NCBI GenBank assembly: GCA_937139365.1
Contig: CAKZPT010000062.1
Coordinates: 5,422-69,421, forward strand
Reading direction: 5' to 3'
Source of the DNA: an uncultured bacterium
GTDB lineage: Bacteria; Verrucomicrobiota; Kiritimatiellia; PWTM01
DNA: 64,000 nt
Positions 37,220 through 47,574 of the stretch are shown piece after piece (the first letter of the stretch is position 1; every line of letters starts with the position of its first letter). A model generated the notes under the pieces. It was not told where the DNA came from. It did no database searches and saw nothing but the letters and a program-made list of their open reading frames with translations. The position numbers and the translations under genes were made by a program.

Positions 37220-39480
37220 GTCTCAGCCTCCTTCTTGCGGGAGCGGCCGCGGCGGGCCGGCGGGGGATCGTTCTCTTCGACGCCGACGGCCTTCAACCGG
37301 TCGATCAGATCCTCCAGCCGGGCCACGTAATAGGCGACGTTCTCGTCGCGCCGTTCGGGGTCCCAGTCGGCGACCCGGCGCGCATGGGCGTGAATGGGCA
37401 CGGACTTCCTGTCGCCGGTGACGTAGTACGAAATCGTGTCGCCGGCCCGGTACGGCCGCCCAGAGGCCAGGGCCAGCTCGCAGGCGGCGTCGCGCGGGCC
37501 ACCGCTGGCCTGCCGGCGCGCGGCATAGGTTTCGGGCGACTGGGCCAGCCGCTCGGTGCGGGCGAGCCGCTGGATCGGCCATTCCCGTCGCACGAGCGCC
37601 CGGCGGTACCGATCGGCCAGCGCATCCAACTCATCGTCCCGCCCGGCCAGCTTCAAGCCGATCCATTCCCGGATGAAATCCCGCAGGTACGGCTCCAGGC
37701 CGCGGGATCGCAACGCCGCGCCGGTGATCAGAATCTCCCCGTCGGAGGTCATCAACGCGTAGTTTTTTCGGCGGTAGCTGAACATGGCCTCGTAGGTCGC
37801 GTCGAACTCCAGGTCGACGCCCTCCGGCAGGACCGACCGGACCCGATCGCGGAACCGCGCCAGGTCCTCATCGCCGCCCGGCGGGGGGATGAAAAAGATG
37901 CCGTCGGTGTCCACCTCGACCGGCCGGCCACCGGCGGCCCGCACGGCCTCGACCATCGCGCGCAGCAGTTCCCGGCCTCGCGCGGCCACCCGCTCCGCGG
38001 CGTCGAAGTCGTTGAACCGCGCCGCCTCGAAGCCCAAGTATCCGTAGAAGGAGTTGATGAGGATCTTGAAGGCGCTTTGCATCGCCTCCTCGAACGCACG
38101 CTCGGCGCCCGCGGCCGCCGCCATCCGCGCGCGGGCCTCGAAGCGGACGTCGCGGAGCCGTTCGAGCAGCCGCAGAAAGAACCCCAGCGAATCCGACGCC
38201 GGGCCGATGCGGTCCACGAGCATGATCGACGGATACAGCGACCGCACATCGCAGTGGTGGACCGGCCGGACGACGCCTGTTTCGTAGACCTCCGTCAGGC
38301 CGCCCTCGAACGGGCGCGCCGGCTGCGGGCGCGGGATCGCGGCGCGCGCAGCGAGGTAGCCCCGCAGCATCACCGCATCGATCTTCGCGGCCGCGCCGCG
38401 CAGCACGACGTTCTGCAAGCTCATCGGCACCATGCGGGCCTGGGCCACGTACACCGGCCCCAGGCGCGCGGCCAGGCCGGCCGTCTCCTGTAAGTCCGCC
38501 GCCAGGTAACGCAGCACGCGATCGGGGTCGCGGTCGAACGTCCGTCCGATCTCCGACCCCTCGATGTATTCGCGCCCCTCCCTCGCGAAACCGAAATGGC
38601 GGGCCGCCTCCTTCAGCCCCAGGCCGGGCAGGGTGCGGTGGACGACGTCGTAGAGCTGCGCCAGGAAATAGGTGTCCACCACCGTCCGTCCGAAGAGGTC
38701 GGCCCGCGGATAACTGACGGCGCGGTCGGCGGCGACGAAGCGGCCAGGGCGGATCGCCATCGGTCGGTCGAGCCGGCCCAGTCGCAGCTCGATCCCGTGG
38801 CGAGCCGCGCGGCGCGCCAGATAGTCGAGGTCGAAGGCGAAGATGTTGTGTCCCTCGACGAGGTCAGGATCGCGCTCGCGGACCAGCTCGACCATCCGGC
38901 GGATCAGGGAGGGCTCGTCGTGCTCGCCGGCGTGCAGGAGCGCGCTCCAGCCGGTGTTGTCGGACAGCCCGATCGCGAGAATCCGGTCCTCCTCGCGGTC
39001 TGGGTTGGAGAACTCGAAGCCTTCGGCGGTCCGAGTTTCGATGTCGAGCTGGAGCCGCCGGAGATCGCCGAACGACAGACCGTCGAACAGGGTCCGGCCC
39101 CGCTCCATCAGGTGCTGTTGGACGGCATCGTTGATGAAGAAATACGGGGCCTCCCGGTCGAACGGGGTCCGGCCGCTGGCCTTCTGCAACCAGCGGACGG
39201 CTGTTTCCAGCGCCGCCCACGTGGGGCACCGGACCAGGATGCGCAGGTCGCCGGGGCCCTCCAGCGGCTCGACCTCATGGGGGGCGGGGCAGCCGCGCAC
39301 CAGCTCCGCCGACTCGGCCCAGAGGAACGGACGGAACGGCTCTTCGGCCGTGCGCACGCGGCCGCCCTCGCGCCGGAAGAGGACCGCGACATCGCCGCCC
39401 GGCCGCGGTTCGCATTCCACCGCGACCAGGCCCGGAATCGGGTCGTGCCCGTGGAGCAGCGCGCGGTCGGCGGCGTCCAT
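37216..39480 (-). CDS. polB: Family-B DNA polymerase (Pol II-like)
   Basis: ORF 37216..39996, trimmed to the ATG at 39480. Exo motifs FDIET/LDIETR and YNIFAFD are present. Polymerase motifs are KILINSFYGYLGF (motif B) and VEVDTDGIFF (motif C, DTD); 754 aa. Confidence 0.85.
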   Translation of the reverse strand: MDAADRALLHGHDPIPGLVAVECEPRPGGDVAVLFRREGGRVRTAEEPFRPFLWAESAELVRGCPAPHEVEPLEGPGDLRILVRCPTWAALETAVRWLQKASGRTPFDREAPYFFINDAVQQHLMERGRTLFDGLSFGDLRRLQLDIETRTAEGFEFSNPDREEDRILAIGLSDNTGWSALLHAGEHDEPSLIRRMVELVRERDPDLVEGHNIFAFDLDYLARRAARHGIELRLGRLDRPMAIRPGRFVAADRAVSYPRADLFGRTVVDTYFLAQLYDVVHRTLPGLGLKEAARHFGFAREGREYIEGSEIGRTFDRDPDRVLRYLAADLQETAGLAARLGPVYVAQARMVPMSLQNVVLRGAAAKIDAVMLRGYLAARAAIPRPQPARPFEGGLTEVYETGVVRPVHHCDVRSLYPSIMLVDRIGPASDSLGFFLRLLERLRDVRFEARARMAAAAGAERAFEEAMQSAFKILINSFYGYLGFEAARFNDFDAAERVAARGRELLRAMVEAVRAAGGRPVEVDTDGIFFIPPPGGDEDLARFRDRVRSVLPEGVDLEFDATYEAMFSYRRKNYALMTSDGEILITGAALRSRGLEPYLRDFIREWIGLKLAGRDDELDALADRYRRALVRREWPIQRLARTERLAQSPETYAARRQASGGPRDAACELALASGRPYRAGDTISYYVTGDRKSVPIHAHARRVADWDPERRDENVAYYVARLEDLIDRLKAVGVEENDPPPARRGRSRKKEAET

Positions 39481-39491
39481 CTGTGTGGCCC

Positions 39492-41807
39492 TCACCCCCC
39501 GAGGCGCACGGAGGAGTACGGCATGGCCAGCAGCCACAACTGGATCCAGCCGCTGATGTCGTCGTCGCGTCCGTCGTAGCCGGGCTCGTGCCGGAGGCCA
39601 ACACCCCAGCCGATGCAGTCCATCTTGTGCTGCAGGAAATACGAATGCTCCTCCAACCGGCCGTCCTGGACGTTGTAGCGGGCGTAGGCGCCCCAGCTCC
39701 ACTTCGCCTTCGGGTAGAGGCGGAGTTGGGCCGCGACCAAGTCGCGCCGTTCGGCCTGATAGAGGTAGTTGACCGACACCGACCACGCGTCGCCTGAGGC
39801 CCACGAGAGCTGACCGTCGAAGAGCGTCAACCCTTCCCCGTAGAAGTCGAACAGCGACTTGAAGTCGAACCGAAAGGCGCGGACGGGCCAGAGGCGGGCG
39901 TTCACGTAGAGAGGGCCGAACTCGTCCTCGTCCTCGTCTGCGTCGAGGCGGACCACGGTGCCGATGTCGCTGTTGACCAGGTCGTGGACGGACCACGCCT
40001 CGGGAGAGGGCATCTCGCCCAGCCGGGTCTGGTCCATGCCCTCGGTCTCGCGGCTCAGCGGGTCGGTCTCGCGCTCGAAGGAATGGTCCACGTAGAGGAC
40101 GCTTCGCCGGCGGGTCTGGAGCTTGTTGCGCATGCCAAAGCCGATGGTATGGCCGCCGTCGAGCCGGTCCACGCCGTCGAACTGGGGCACCCGCTTCGAC
40201 AGGAGGTCGGGTTCGGGGACGTAGGTGTGGAGCGCGTAGGGCTCGGCGACGTGTCGGAGGCCGCGGCCGAAGACGTTCTCCGCCTCGTCAAGGACTTTGT
40301 AAGCCTTAAAGGAGGTTTCGAAGCCCACTTCCGGCATCGAGCGCAGGTCGCCGCCGAGTTCGCGCTGTGTGGAGAGGATCTTCTCGACAGTGGTCGGCAC
40401 GCCGTTGGAGTCGACCTGCGTGACGACGTTGGTGACGCTAACGGGGGCATCGTACGTGGTCGAGTAGTACGTGCCTCTCCAGCCGGCCCGGGGCGTCAGG
40501 GCGAGGAAGCCGAAGAAGCGCTGCGGCAGGTAGAGCATGTGCCGCGTGTCGATCCGCAAAGCGTCGTAGTCCTCACGGTCAGAGGTCTCGGGGTACACGC
40601 GGCGGAGGGCGGAGGCGGCGGTCCGGCTTTCGTAGTAGAGCGGCAGGTCCCCAAGGCGGAGGGCGGGGATGGTCAGCGTCGCCTCCGGCAGCCGGTCCAC
40701 GTTCTCGTAGAAATCGTTGAGACGGCCGCTGGCAAGGATCGAGAACAGGAAACGGTCGCCGCGGTGGAGCCAGGCTGCCCGGTTCTCGGGCTGGACGCTT
40801 TCGCGGTAGTCGCGGCGGAAGAAGTCCTCCTCGACGAAGGGATCGCTCATCACGGTCGCCTGCGCGAAAAGCGAGCTGCGCTCACCGGCGCGCGACTGGT
40901 GGCGGAGCCGAACGCGGTACCGGTTCTCGTCGTCGAGAGTGTCCCTGCGCTCCTCCTCCTCGCGCTCGTTTCGGTAGAGCTTCCGGTCGGAAACGTAGAA
41001 CCCCTCGAGGTTGCCGCGCAAGCCGACCTCGGGGTTGCGCCAGAGGATGTTCTGGCCGGCGCCGACACCGCGTTCGGAGTAGAGGTTGACGGACGTCCGT
41101 CCCAACAGGGAACCGGTGTCGTTGAGCCCGTAGTTGTACGTCATCAGCAGGAAGCCGCCGAGCCGGGAACTGTAGCCGGGCACGACGTCCCAGCGGCCGG
41201 GTTCGCCCTGCAGGTCGCGCCGGTAATAGGGCACCCACATGATCGGCACCGGCCCGAGGTAGGCGACGGCGTGGTGCAGCGTCGCGTACCGCTGCTGCTC
41301 GAGCGTCGCGCGGGGGGCGCGGATCTCGAATTCGCGGTCGTCGCCCTCGCAGGTGGTCAGCACGACGTCCTCCAGCTCGATCCGGTCGTGACCGACCATG
41401 CGGAACCGCCCGCCGTAAAGGTAGTACGGGTGATGGAAGAGGAGGAACCGTCCGAAATCTCCCTCGCCGGTCTTGTAATTGTAGACGAGGCGTTCGCCCT
41501 TCCAGAGGGTGCCGTCCCACCGGACGAACACGACGCGGCCGCTGGCGACGATTTGGCCGGTCTCGGTGTCGATCTCGACGCGCTCGGCGGCCAGGGTCTG
41601 CCGTCCCTGGCGGATCAGCACGCCGCCCTCGGCGATCTGGAAGCGGCCGTTCTGGCGGCTCTCGATTCGGCCGGCGCGCACATCGTACGGCAGCCCCGCG
41701 TCGGGGTTGGCCCGCTGCAGGGTTCGCGCGGGATCCGCAGCCATCGCCGACGCTGTGATCGCGGCCGCCGCCAGCCGCCTCCAACCTCTTGCCCATCCAC
41801 TTCGCAT
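39492..41807 (-). CDS. lptD: LPS-assembly protein LptD (OstA family)
   Basis: Signal peptide, then an OstA N-domain ([40 protein letters not shown]) and a large C-terminal beta-barrel body; 771 aa. Confidence 0.85.
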   Translation of the reverse strand: MRSGWARGWRRLAAAAITASAMAADPARTLQRANPDAGLPYDVRAGRIESRQNGRFQIAEGGVLIRQGRQTLAAERVEIDTETGQIVASGRVVFVRWDGTLWKGERLVYNYKTGEGDFGRFLLFHHPYYLYGGRFRMVGHDRIELEDVVLTTCEGDDREFEIRAPRATLEQQRYATLHHAVAYLGPVPIMWVPYYRRDLQGEPGRWDVVPGYSSRLGGFLLMTYNYGLNDTGSLLGRTSVNLYSERGVGAGQNILWRNPEVGLRGNLEGFYVSDRKLYRNEREEEERRDTLDDENRYRVRLRHQSRAGERSSLFAQATVMSDPFVEEDFFRRDYRESVQPENRAAWLHRGDRFLFSILASGRLNDFYENVDRLPEATLTIPALRLGDLPLYYESRTAASALRRVYPETSDREDYDALRIDTRHMLYLPQRFFGFLALTPRAGWRGTYYSTTYDAPVSVTNVVTQVDSNGVPTTVEKILSTQRELGGDLRSMPEVGFETSFKAYKVLDEAENVFGRGLRHVAEPYALHTYVPEPDLLSKRVPQFDGVDRLDGGHTIGFGMRNKLQTRRRSVLYVDHSFERETDPLSRETEGMDQTRLGEMPSPEAWSVHDLVNSDIGTVVRLDADEDEDEFGPLYVNARLWPVRAFRFDFKSLFDFYGEGLTLFDGQLSWASGDAWSVSVNYLYQAERRDLVAAQLRLYPKAKWSWGAYARYNVQDGRLEEHSYFLQHKMDCIGWGVGLRHEPGYDGRDDDISGWIQLWLLAMPYSSVRLGG

Positions 41808-41895
41808 GCGTCGGTCTCCGCCGCGCGCCCGCGCGTTGCGGTCACGCTAACACAGCGGCCCCGCCGCTCCAAGTTTTCCCTCTCCGCCGCCTTTT

Positions 41896-41941
41896 CCCAA
41901 AAACGTTGGGGTCTTCGGCGGCCAGGCCGTCGAAGACCCCG
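41896..41941 (-). terminator. Rho-independent terminator downstream of hppA
   Basis: On the minus strand, the GGGGTCTTCGACGGCCTGGCCGCCGAAGACCCC hairpin (10-bp stem) is followed by CAACGTTTTTGGG (T-tract). Confidence 0.55.
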
Positions 41942-41958
41942 TGTCCGTCCGCTCCGCC

Positions 41959-44043
41959 TTACTTTAACAACGGCTGGACGGCCTTGAGCACCGGCGCGAT
42001 GACCAGCGACACGACGCTCATCAGCTTCATCAGGATGTTCAGCGAGGGGCCGGCCGTGTCCTTGAAGGGATCGCCGACCGTGTCGCCGACCACCGCCGCC
42101 TTGTGAGCAGGCGACCCCTTTCCGCCGTGGGCGCCACCCTCGATGTGCTTTTTCGCGTTGTCCCAGGCACCGCCGGCGTTGGCCATGAACAGCGCCATCA
42201 TCACGCCCGACACCGTCACGCCCGCCAGCAGGCCACCGAGCATCTCCTTGCCGAACACGAAGCCCACCACGACCGGCGTCACCACGCCCAGCAGCGCCGG
42301 CACCGTCATCTTCCGAATCGCCGCCGCGGTGGAGATGTCCACGCAGCGCGCGTAGTCGGCCCGAACGCCAGGCTTGCCCTCGAGCAGTCCGGCGATCTCG
42401 CGGAACTGCCGGCGGACCTCCTCGACCATGGAGAAGGCCGCCTGCCCGACCGCCTGCATTGCGAACGCCGAGAACAGGAAGGGCATCATCGCCCCCACCA
42501 GAAGCCCCGCGCACACCTTCGGGTCCATCACGTCGATCTTTTCCAACCCGACCGTCTGGCCGAACGCCGCGAACAACGCCAGGGCAGTCAGCGCCGCCGA
42601 GCCGATCGCGAAGCCCTTGCCGATGGCTGCGGTCGTGTTGCCGCAGGCGTCGAGCTTGTCCGTCCGTTGGCGGACCTCCTTTTCGAGGTGCGACATCTCC
42701 GCCACGCCGCCGGCGTTGTCGGCGATCGGGCCGTAGGCGTCCACCGCCAACTGGATGCCGGTGGTGGCCAGCATGCCCAGGCCGGCGATCGCGATGCCGT
42801 ACAGGCCGGCCGTGTGGTAGGCCAGCACCAGCGCCGCGCCGAGCACCACGGCGGGGATCGCGGTCGAGATCATTCCGTTCCCGAGGCCCGCGATGACGTT
42901 GGTCGCCGCGCCGGTCGTCGAGGCGTCGGCGATGCGGTTCGACGGCCCCTTCCCCTCGGCCGTGTAGTACTCCGCCAGCAAGCCGATCGCCACCCCAGAC
43001 ACCAAGCCCGCGACGGTGGCGTAGAACACGCCGATGGAGCGGTAGACCTGGCCGCCCATCGTGTATTCGGCGGGGCAGAACCGACGGATTACAAAGAAGG
43101 AGACAACCGCCGTCGCGATGGCGGCCGCGAACGTGCCGGCGTTGAGCGCAGCCTGGGGGTTGCCGCCCTCGCGCGTTTTCACGAAGAACGTCCCGCTGAT
43201 CGAGAAGAGGATGCCCACCGCCGACAGCAGGATCGGGAGCGTGACCAGTCGCAGCTCGCTGGTGTTGGTCGCGGTCGCCGCCAGCACCATCGCGCTGACG
43301 ATCGCGCCGATGTACGACTCGAACAGGTCTGCGCCCATGCCGGCCACGTCGCCGACGTTGTCGCCGACGTTGTCCGCGATCACCGCGGGGTTGCGCGGAT
43401 CGTCCTCCGGAATGCCCGCCTCAACCTTGCCGACGAGGTCGGCCCCGACGTCCGCCGCCTTCGTGTAGATGCCCCCCCCGACGCGCGCGAACAGAGCGAT
43501 CGAGCTGGCCCCCATCGAGAATCCCGCCAGGATCGGAAGCACGGTCTGGTTGAGCACCTGCACCTCGACGCCGAACACCTTCATATAGACAAGCGCCAGC
43601 GCCGACAGGCCCAGCAGCCCGAGGCCCACGACGCACATCCCCATCACCGACCCGCCGGCGAAGGCGACCTCGAGGGCCGGCGACAGGCCCTTGCGGGCCG
43701 CGTTGGTCGTCCGCGTGTTTGCCGCCGTGGCCACGCGCATCCCGAAGAAGCCCGCCAGCGCCGAGCAGAAGGCGCCGATCACAAACGACACGGCGACCAG
43801 CCGAACCGGTCCCCGGTTGATCGCCGCCAGCACCGCCGCGACGATCACGACGAACACCGCCAGCACCTTGTACTCGCGGCCCAAGAATGCCATCGCGCCC
43901 TCCCGGACCGCCGCGCCGATCTCCCGCATGCGTTCCGTGCCCGGGTCCAACCGGTTGATCCACGTGGTCTTCCAGAAGGCGTACAGCAGCGCCAGCACGC
44001 CGCAACCCACGCCCGCATACAACGCCATCATGCTCGCATTCAC
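41959..44043 (-). CDS. hppA: Membrane-bound H+-translocating pyrophosphatase (V-PPase)
   Basis: 694 aa. Conserved V-PPase motifs [20 protein letters not shown] and [10 protein letters not shown]. Confidence 0.95.
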   Translation of the reverse strand: MNASMMALYAGVGCGVLALLYAFWKTTWINRLDPGTERMREIGAAVREGAMAFLGREYKVLAVFVVIVAAVLAAINRGPVRLVAVSFVIGAFCSALAGFFGMRVATAANTRTTNAARKGLSPALEVAFAGGSVMGMCVVGLGLLGLSALALVYMKVFGVEVQVLNQTVLPILAGFSMGASSIALFARVGGGIYTKAADVGADLVGKVEAGIPEDDPRNPAVIADNVGDNVGDVAGMGADLFESYIGAIVSAMVLAATATNTSELRLVTLPILLSAVGILFSISGTFFVKTREGGNPQAALNAGTFAAAIATAVVSFFVIRRFCPAEYTMGGQVYRSIGVFYATVAGLVSGVAIGLLAEYYTAEGKGPSNRIADASTTGAATNVIAGLGNGMISTAIPAVVLGAALVLAYHTAGLYGIAIAGLGMLATTGIQLAVDAYGPIADNAGGVAEMSHLEKEVRQRTDKLDACGNTTAAIGKGFAIGSAALTALALFAAFGQTVGLEKIDVMDPKVCAGLLVGAMMPFLFSAFAMQAVGQAAFSMVEEVRRQFREIAGLLEGKPGVRADYARCVDISTAAAIRKMTVPALLGVVTPVVVGFVFGKEMLGGLLAGVTVSGVMMALFMANAGGAWDNAKKHIEGGAHGGKGSPAHKAAVVGDTVGDPFKDTAGPSLNILMKLMSVVSLVIAPVLKAVQPLLK

Positions 44044-44201
44044 TTAGACAACCGCCTTTCTTGCCTTTGGGTTTTCGACGCAAGCGACCCGCGGTCGGCC
44101 GAGCGCCGAAAAAACGTCGGAACAGGATATCGGGACGCTCTGCGGTGGTCAACCTCCTTGACCCTGGGCGTCGACGGTGTTTTGCTGGTTCCGCACCGGC
44201 C

Positions 44202-44606
44202 ATGTCGCGGGGCGTCCTCTGGTTGCTTCTGACCGCAATTGCCGCCGGTGCCGGCTCGGCTGGCCCCTCGGGCGCCGCGCCCCCTTCCGTTCGTGCGCCG
44301 GCGGCGCAACCCGTGGATCCGATGTCCCTCCGCCTGCCGGACATGAATTTTCGGCAGGCGAGGCTGGCCGACATCTTGGACTGGATTCGCGACCGCAGCG
44401 CCGCCGCCGATCCCGTCGGCGTTGGCGCCAACCTGATCTTCAAGGACGACGGCCGGGTGGGCGGCATTTCGCTGACGATCCGGTTAAAACAGCCAACCGT
44501 CGGGGAGGCGTTGGCGCTGTTGTCCTCCGTCGCGCCGTTGTACATTCGGCGGGACCCCCGGGCGATCGTGATCGAGCGGTCCGCCTCTCCGGTCCCGGCC
44601 CGATGA
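44202..44606 (+). CDS. Small secreted protein with an STN/FecR-C-like beta-domain
   Basis: Signal peptide MSRGVLWLLLTAIAAGAGSAG, then LRLPDMNFRQARLADILDWI...ISLTIRLKQPTVGEALALLSSVAPLYIRRDPRAIVI. The ATG at 44202 was chosen within ORF 44061..44606. Confidence 0.5.
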   Translation: MSRGVLWLLLTAIAAGAGSAGPSGAAPPSVRAPAAQPVDPMSLRLPDMNFRQARLADILDWIRDRSAAADPVGVGANLIFKDDGRVGGISLTIRLKQPTVGEALALLSSVAPLYIRRDPRAIVIERSASPVPAR

Positions 44607-44677
44607 CCGGCATGGCCGGCCGCCGTCGGACACCGCCGCCTTGACGGTCTATCGCGCGGGTGTTAGGAAGTGCTCGG

Positions 44678-45478
44678 ATGGACCGGTCTCTCCCAACCGT
44701 TCTGTTTCCTGTTGTCGCGGCCGCGATGGCGGTGGTCCTTGGCATCGCCGGTTGCGGCGGCCGGCCGACGTTGGGCGGCGAAAATCGGGAGGAGACCCAT
44801 CCGATGATGCGCCGGGCCGCCGCCCTGCGGAAGGCCAACGACCTCGACGGCGCCATCGAAGCCTACGAGCGGGTGTTGGACCGGTACCCCAACGCGGCCC
44901 GCGCCCATTTGCACCTGGGCACGCTGTTCGACCAGGAACCCAAGGAAAATTATGCCCGCGCGATCTACCACTACGAGCGCTACCTTGCGCTGAGCCGGGA
45001 CGAAAAGACCAAGCGGATCGCCTCGGAACTGCTGACCCGTGCGCGCTGGTCGCTGGCCGCTTCGTTGGCGGAGCGCGCGCCGGAGGCCGCCGTGCTCATC
45101 GGCGAGCTGAAGCGTGAGAACAAGGCGTTGCGCGAGGAAATCGCGGCCCTGCAGGCGAAGCTGGCCGGCGCGGCGCGACCGGTATCCCCGCCGGTGCCCG
45201 CCTCCCGGACCGCCGCCGTCACCGCAGCCGCGCCCCGCGTGGCCACAGTCTCCACCTCCGTTGCCCTCCGAACCGCCCCCCTTCCCCGCCCCACGCCGGA
45301 GCCCGCCGTTGTCCAAGCGCAAACCCACACCGTTCAGTCCGGCGAAACGCTCTCGATCATCGCCCACAAGGTCTACGGCGACGCCAACGCCTGGCGCCGC
45401 ATCTACGAAGCGAACAAGGCGACTCTGCCCAGCCCCGGCAGCGTGCGGCCCGGGCAGGTGTTGATCATCCCGCGCTAG
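44678..45478 (+). CDS. Lipoprotein with a TPR-like region, a coiled coil and a C-terminal LysM domain
   Basis: Lipobox VVLGIAGCGG, TPR-like AIEAYERVLDRYPNAARAHLHLGTLF and LysM HTVQSGETLSIIAHKVYGDANAWRRIYEANKATLPSPGSVRPGQVLIIP. Confidence 0.7.
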   Translation: MDRSLPTVLFPVVAAAMAVVLGIAGCGGRPTLGGENREETHPMMRRAAALRKANDLDGAIEAYERVLDRYPNAARAHLHLGTLFDQEPKENYARAIYHYERYLALSRDEKTKRIASELLTRARWSLAASLAERAPEAAVLIGELKRENKALREEIAALQAKLAGAARPVSPPVPASRTAAVTAAAPRVATVSTSVALRTAPLPRPTPEPAVVQAQTHTVQSGETLSIIAHKVYGDANAWRRIYEANKATLPSPGSVRPGQVLIIPR

Positions 45479-45490
45479 GAGGACACCCCC

Positions 45491-46228
45491 ATGCCCAACC
45501 GCGACTTCATAGACCGGGACCTGTACGCCCCACGCGACGAGATTCCCCGCGTGAAGATGGGTCCCGGCGACGAACCCCCGCCGCCTCACGTGGAGACGCT
45601 GGGCCCCGACGCTGCGCGGTCTGTCTCCGACCTCAACCTGCCCTTGATGGTCCGCCAACGGCAGGCGCTCGACCAGCAGGCCGCCGCCAGCGCCCGGCAG
45701 ATGGAGGAGCTGCGGCTGCTCCAAGAGCAGCTGGAACGCGAGAAGCGTGAGATCGAGGAGGCGCGGCGCGCGCAGGATGATTTCATCACGGGGCGGAAGG
45801 AACTCACGGACCGCTTGACCCAGAGCCTGGTGGCCATCGAGCGCCACGAGGCACGCGCCACGCAGCTGGCGGAGCTGCTCCAGGCCACCCGCCAGCGCTT
45901 CCGGGCGATGCTGGACGAGCTGTCCATGATCCGCGAGGACGAGTGGGCCGAACAGGAGATCCGGGACCGGGTGCGCGAATCCCTGGCCCGCATGGATGAC
46001 ATCCGCATGGAGTTCAACAAGGCGATGGCCCGCGTCGAGGCTGCGATGGGGACGGACGCGCGGCCGGCCGACAGCGCGTCGATGCGGATTGAATCCCACC
46101 CCACCGCCGCGACTGCCGAACGCACGCTCGGCCGGTGGTTCGTAATCGGCCTCATGGTGAGCCTGCCGGGCATCGTCACGGCCGTCCTCATCACGGCCCT
46201 GTTGTGGTTTCGCGCCCACGCGTTCTGA
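45491..46228 (+). CDS. Coiled-coil protein with a C-terminal transmembrane anchor (hypothetical)
   Basis: Long heptad-like region (QMEELRLLQEQLEREKREIEEARRAQ...) and a C-terminal TM helix WFVIGLMVSLPGIVTAVLITALLWF. Confidence 0.55.
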   Translation: MPNRDFIDRDLYAPRDEIPRVKMGPGDEPPPPHVETLGPDAARSVSDLNLPLMVRQRQALDQQAAASARQMEELRLLQEQLEREKREIEEARRAQDDFITGRKELTDRLTQSLVAIERHEARATQLAELLQATRQRFRAMLDELSMIREDEWAEQEIRDRVRESLARMDDIRMEFNKAMARVEAAMGTDARPADSASMRIESHPTAATAERTLGRWFVIGLMVSLPGIVTAVLITALLWFRAHAF

Positions 46229-46237
46229 TTGCCCGCG

Positions 46238-46666
46238 ATGCCCCCCACGAGCCCCCCCTCCCCGCGCCGGCCGTACGACGAGCGGCTGGACGAGATCGAG
46301 CAGCGCCTTCGCGAGGTCCGCAAGGCCATAAAGGAGGCCGCCCGCGGCCGACCGGTCGATCTTCCGCACCTCCGCGCGGCAGAGGCGGGCGCCAGCCCGG
46401 CCCCCGACGAGACCTCCGCTCCGGCGCCGGCGACCCCCGAACGTCCCCGGGCCGCTGCGCCACCCCATGCCTCCACCCCAACCGACGCGCGCGCCCGCCC
46501 CGTACCACCGCCCGACCGCGAACGGTTCGCCCAGTATTTCAGCGGCAGCTTCCTCGGCGGCCGGCCCGAAGCGGAGGTCCGGAGGCTCCAGCGCAACCGC
46601 GCCCTGTTTATGCTGGCGCTGGCCGTTGTCCTCGGCTACGTCCTCTGGCACCTGCTGTCGCGCTGA
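46238..46666 (+). CDS. Pro/Ala-rich protein with a C-terminal transmembrane anchor (hypothetical)
   Basis: The track ORF starts at a TTG at 46229. The ATG at 46238 is preferred. C-terminal TM helix LFMLALAVVLGYVLWHLL. It starts 10 nt after the previous stop. Confidence 0.45.
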   Translation: MPPTSPPSPRRPYDERLDEIEQRLREVRKAIKEAARGRPVDLPHLRAAEAGASPAPDETSAPAPATPERPRAAAPPHASTPTDARARPVPPPDRERFAQYFSGSFLGGRPEAEVRRLQRNRALFMLALAVVLGYVLWHLLSR

Positions 46667-46697
46667 ACCACGGGATGGGCCGGCCAGAAAATGTCGA

Positions 46698-46726
46698 TTT
46701 GGTCTGCTTGACCCGCACCCCCGCAG
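46698..46726 (+). promoter_or_regulatory. Sigma70-like promoter (TTGACC-N17-CAGTAT) with an embedded 6-bp inverted repeat GCACCC-N5-GGGTGC
   Basis: Located 84 bp upstream of the pilin-like gene. The SD GGAAGAGGAAAGGAA precedes its ATG. Confidence 0.3.
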
Positions 46727-46809
46727 GGTGCAGTATGTTGTATGGCGGAGGGCCGGGCGATCATCGCCGCGGCGGACCGCATGGGTTGGAAGAGGAAAGG
46801 AATCGAGCG

Positions 46810-47496
46810 ATGAAAGCGTGGCGCAGGCGGATCGGTCGGGGCTTCACCCTGGTGGAAATGCTCGTGGTCATCACCATCATCGGCATCCTGATGGGCCTGC
46901 TGGTGCCGCAGATCAGCAACGCCATCCTCCAGGCACGGCTGACGGGTACGATGAACAACGGCAAACGGATCATCGAGGCCATCATTCAGCAGCAGAGCGA
47001 CACCGTCTACACCGCCCGGATCGTCGGCTTTCCGAAGTACGGCGCGACGACCGTGGTGACCAACAACCAGTTCCGTAACGTCGCAGATTATTTCCGCTAC
47101 CTCGTCACCGGCGAGGTGATGGCGGTGAACTGGGCGTTCTTCGTCGCCCCCGGCATTCCGCCGGCCACCGGCGCGGATACCTTACAGGGCACTAACCATG
47201 CATGGCGCATGGTCGCCGACGTCACCGAGAGCTACCCCGAGACGGCGCCGGTCTTGTGGACGAAGAACCTGAGCCTCACGACGATCGGCGAACCGATCAC
47301 GCCTCGGCCCAACGGGCTCCCACATAAGCTCGAGGACATCAACCCATATGGCACCAAGGGGTTGGTCCTCATTGCCAAAGGCGCTAGCGCCCAGAAACTG
47401 GTCAAGGACGATCTGAAGATGATGGCGTTCACGAACATCTTCAACCGGGCCACGCTGGACGGGACAGTTCTAACCAACCGCGTGCTCGAGCCGTAA
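46810..47496 (+). CDS. Prepilin-type N-terminal cleavage/methylation domain protein (type IV pilin-like)
   Basis: MKAWRRRIGRG|FTLVEMLVVITIIGILMGLLVPQISNAI; 228 aa. GC is locally lower (about 60%) than the flanks. Confidence 0.75.
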   Translation: MKAWRRRIGRGFTLVEMLVVITIIGILMGLLVPQISNAILQARLTGTMNNGKRIIEAIIQQQSDTVYTARIVGFPKYGATTVVTNNQFRNVADYFRYLVTGEVMAVNWAFFVAPGIPPATGADTLQGTNHAWRMVADVTESYPETAPVLWTKNLSLTTIGEPITPRPNGLPHKLEDINPYGTKGLVLIAKGASAQKLVKDDLKMMAFTNIFNRATLDGTVLTNRVLEP

Positions 47497-47574
47497 CGGC
47501 GAGCGGGCACGGCACAACGGTGCCCCGCCTCTTCAAGGTGGGGCGCCGTTGTTTTTTGCGGCCGTTCCGTCGCC

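Noticed and set aside
35975-37330. 451-aa plus-strand ORF across the pseudopilin region
   Set aside because: Antisense to two prepilin genes with canonical G|FTLIE motifs. Low-complexity product.
37384-39579. Plus-strand ORFs 37384..38493 and 38596..39579
   Set aside because: Antisense to polB.
39984-41987. 667-aa plus-strand ORF
   Set aside because: Antisense to lptD.
42103-44232. 709-aa plus-strand ORF
   Set aside because: Antisense to hppA. Rich in R, H and D, with no motif.
44663-46651. 662-aa minus-strand ORF
   Set aside because: Antisense to four consecutive plus-strand genes that have signal peptides, a lipobox and LysM support.
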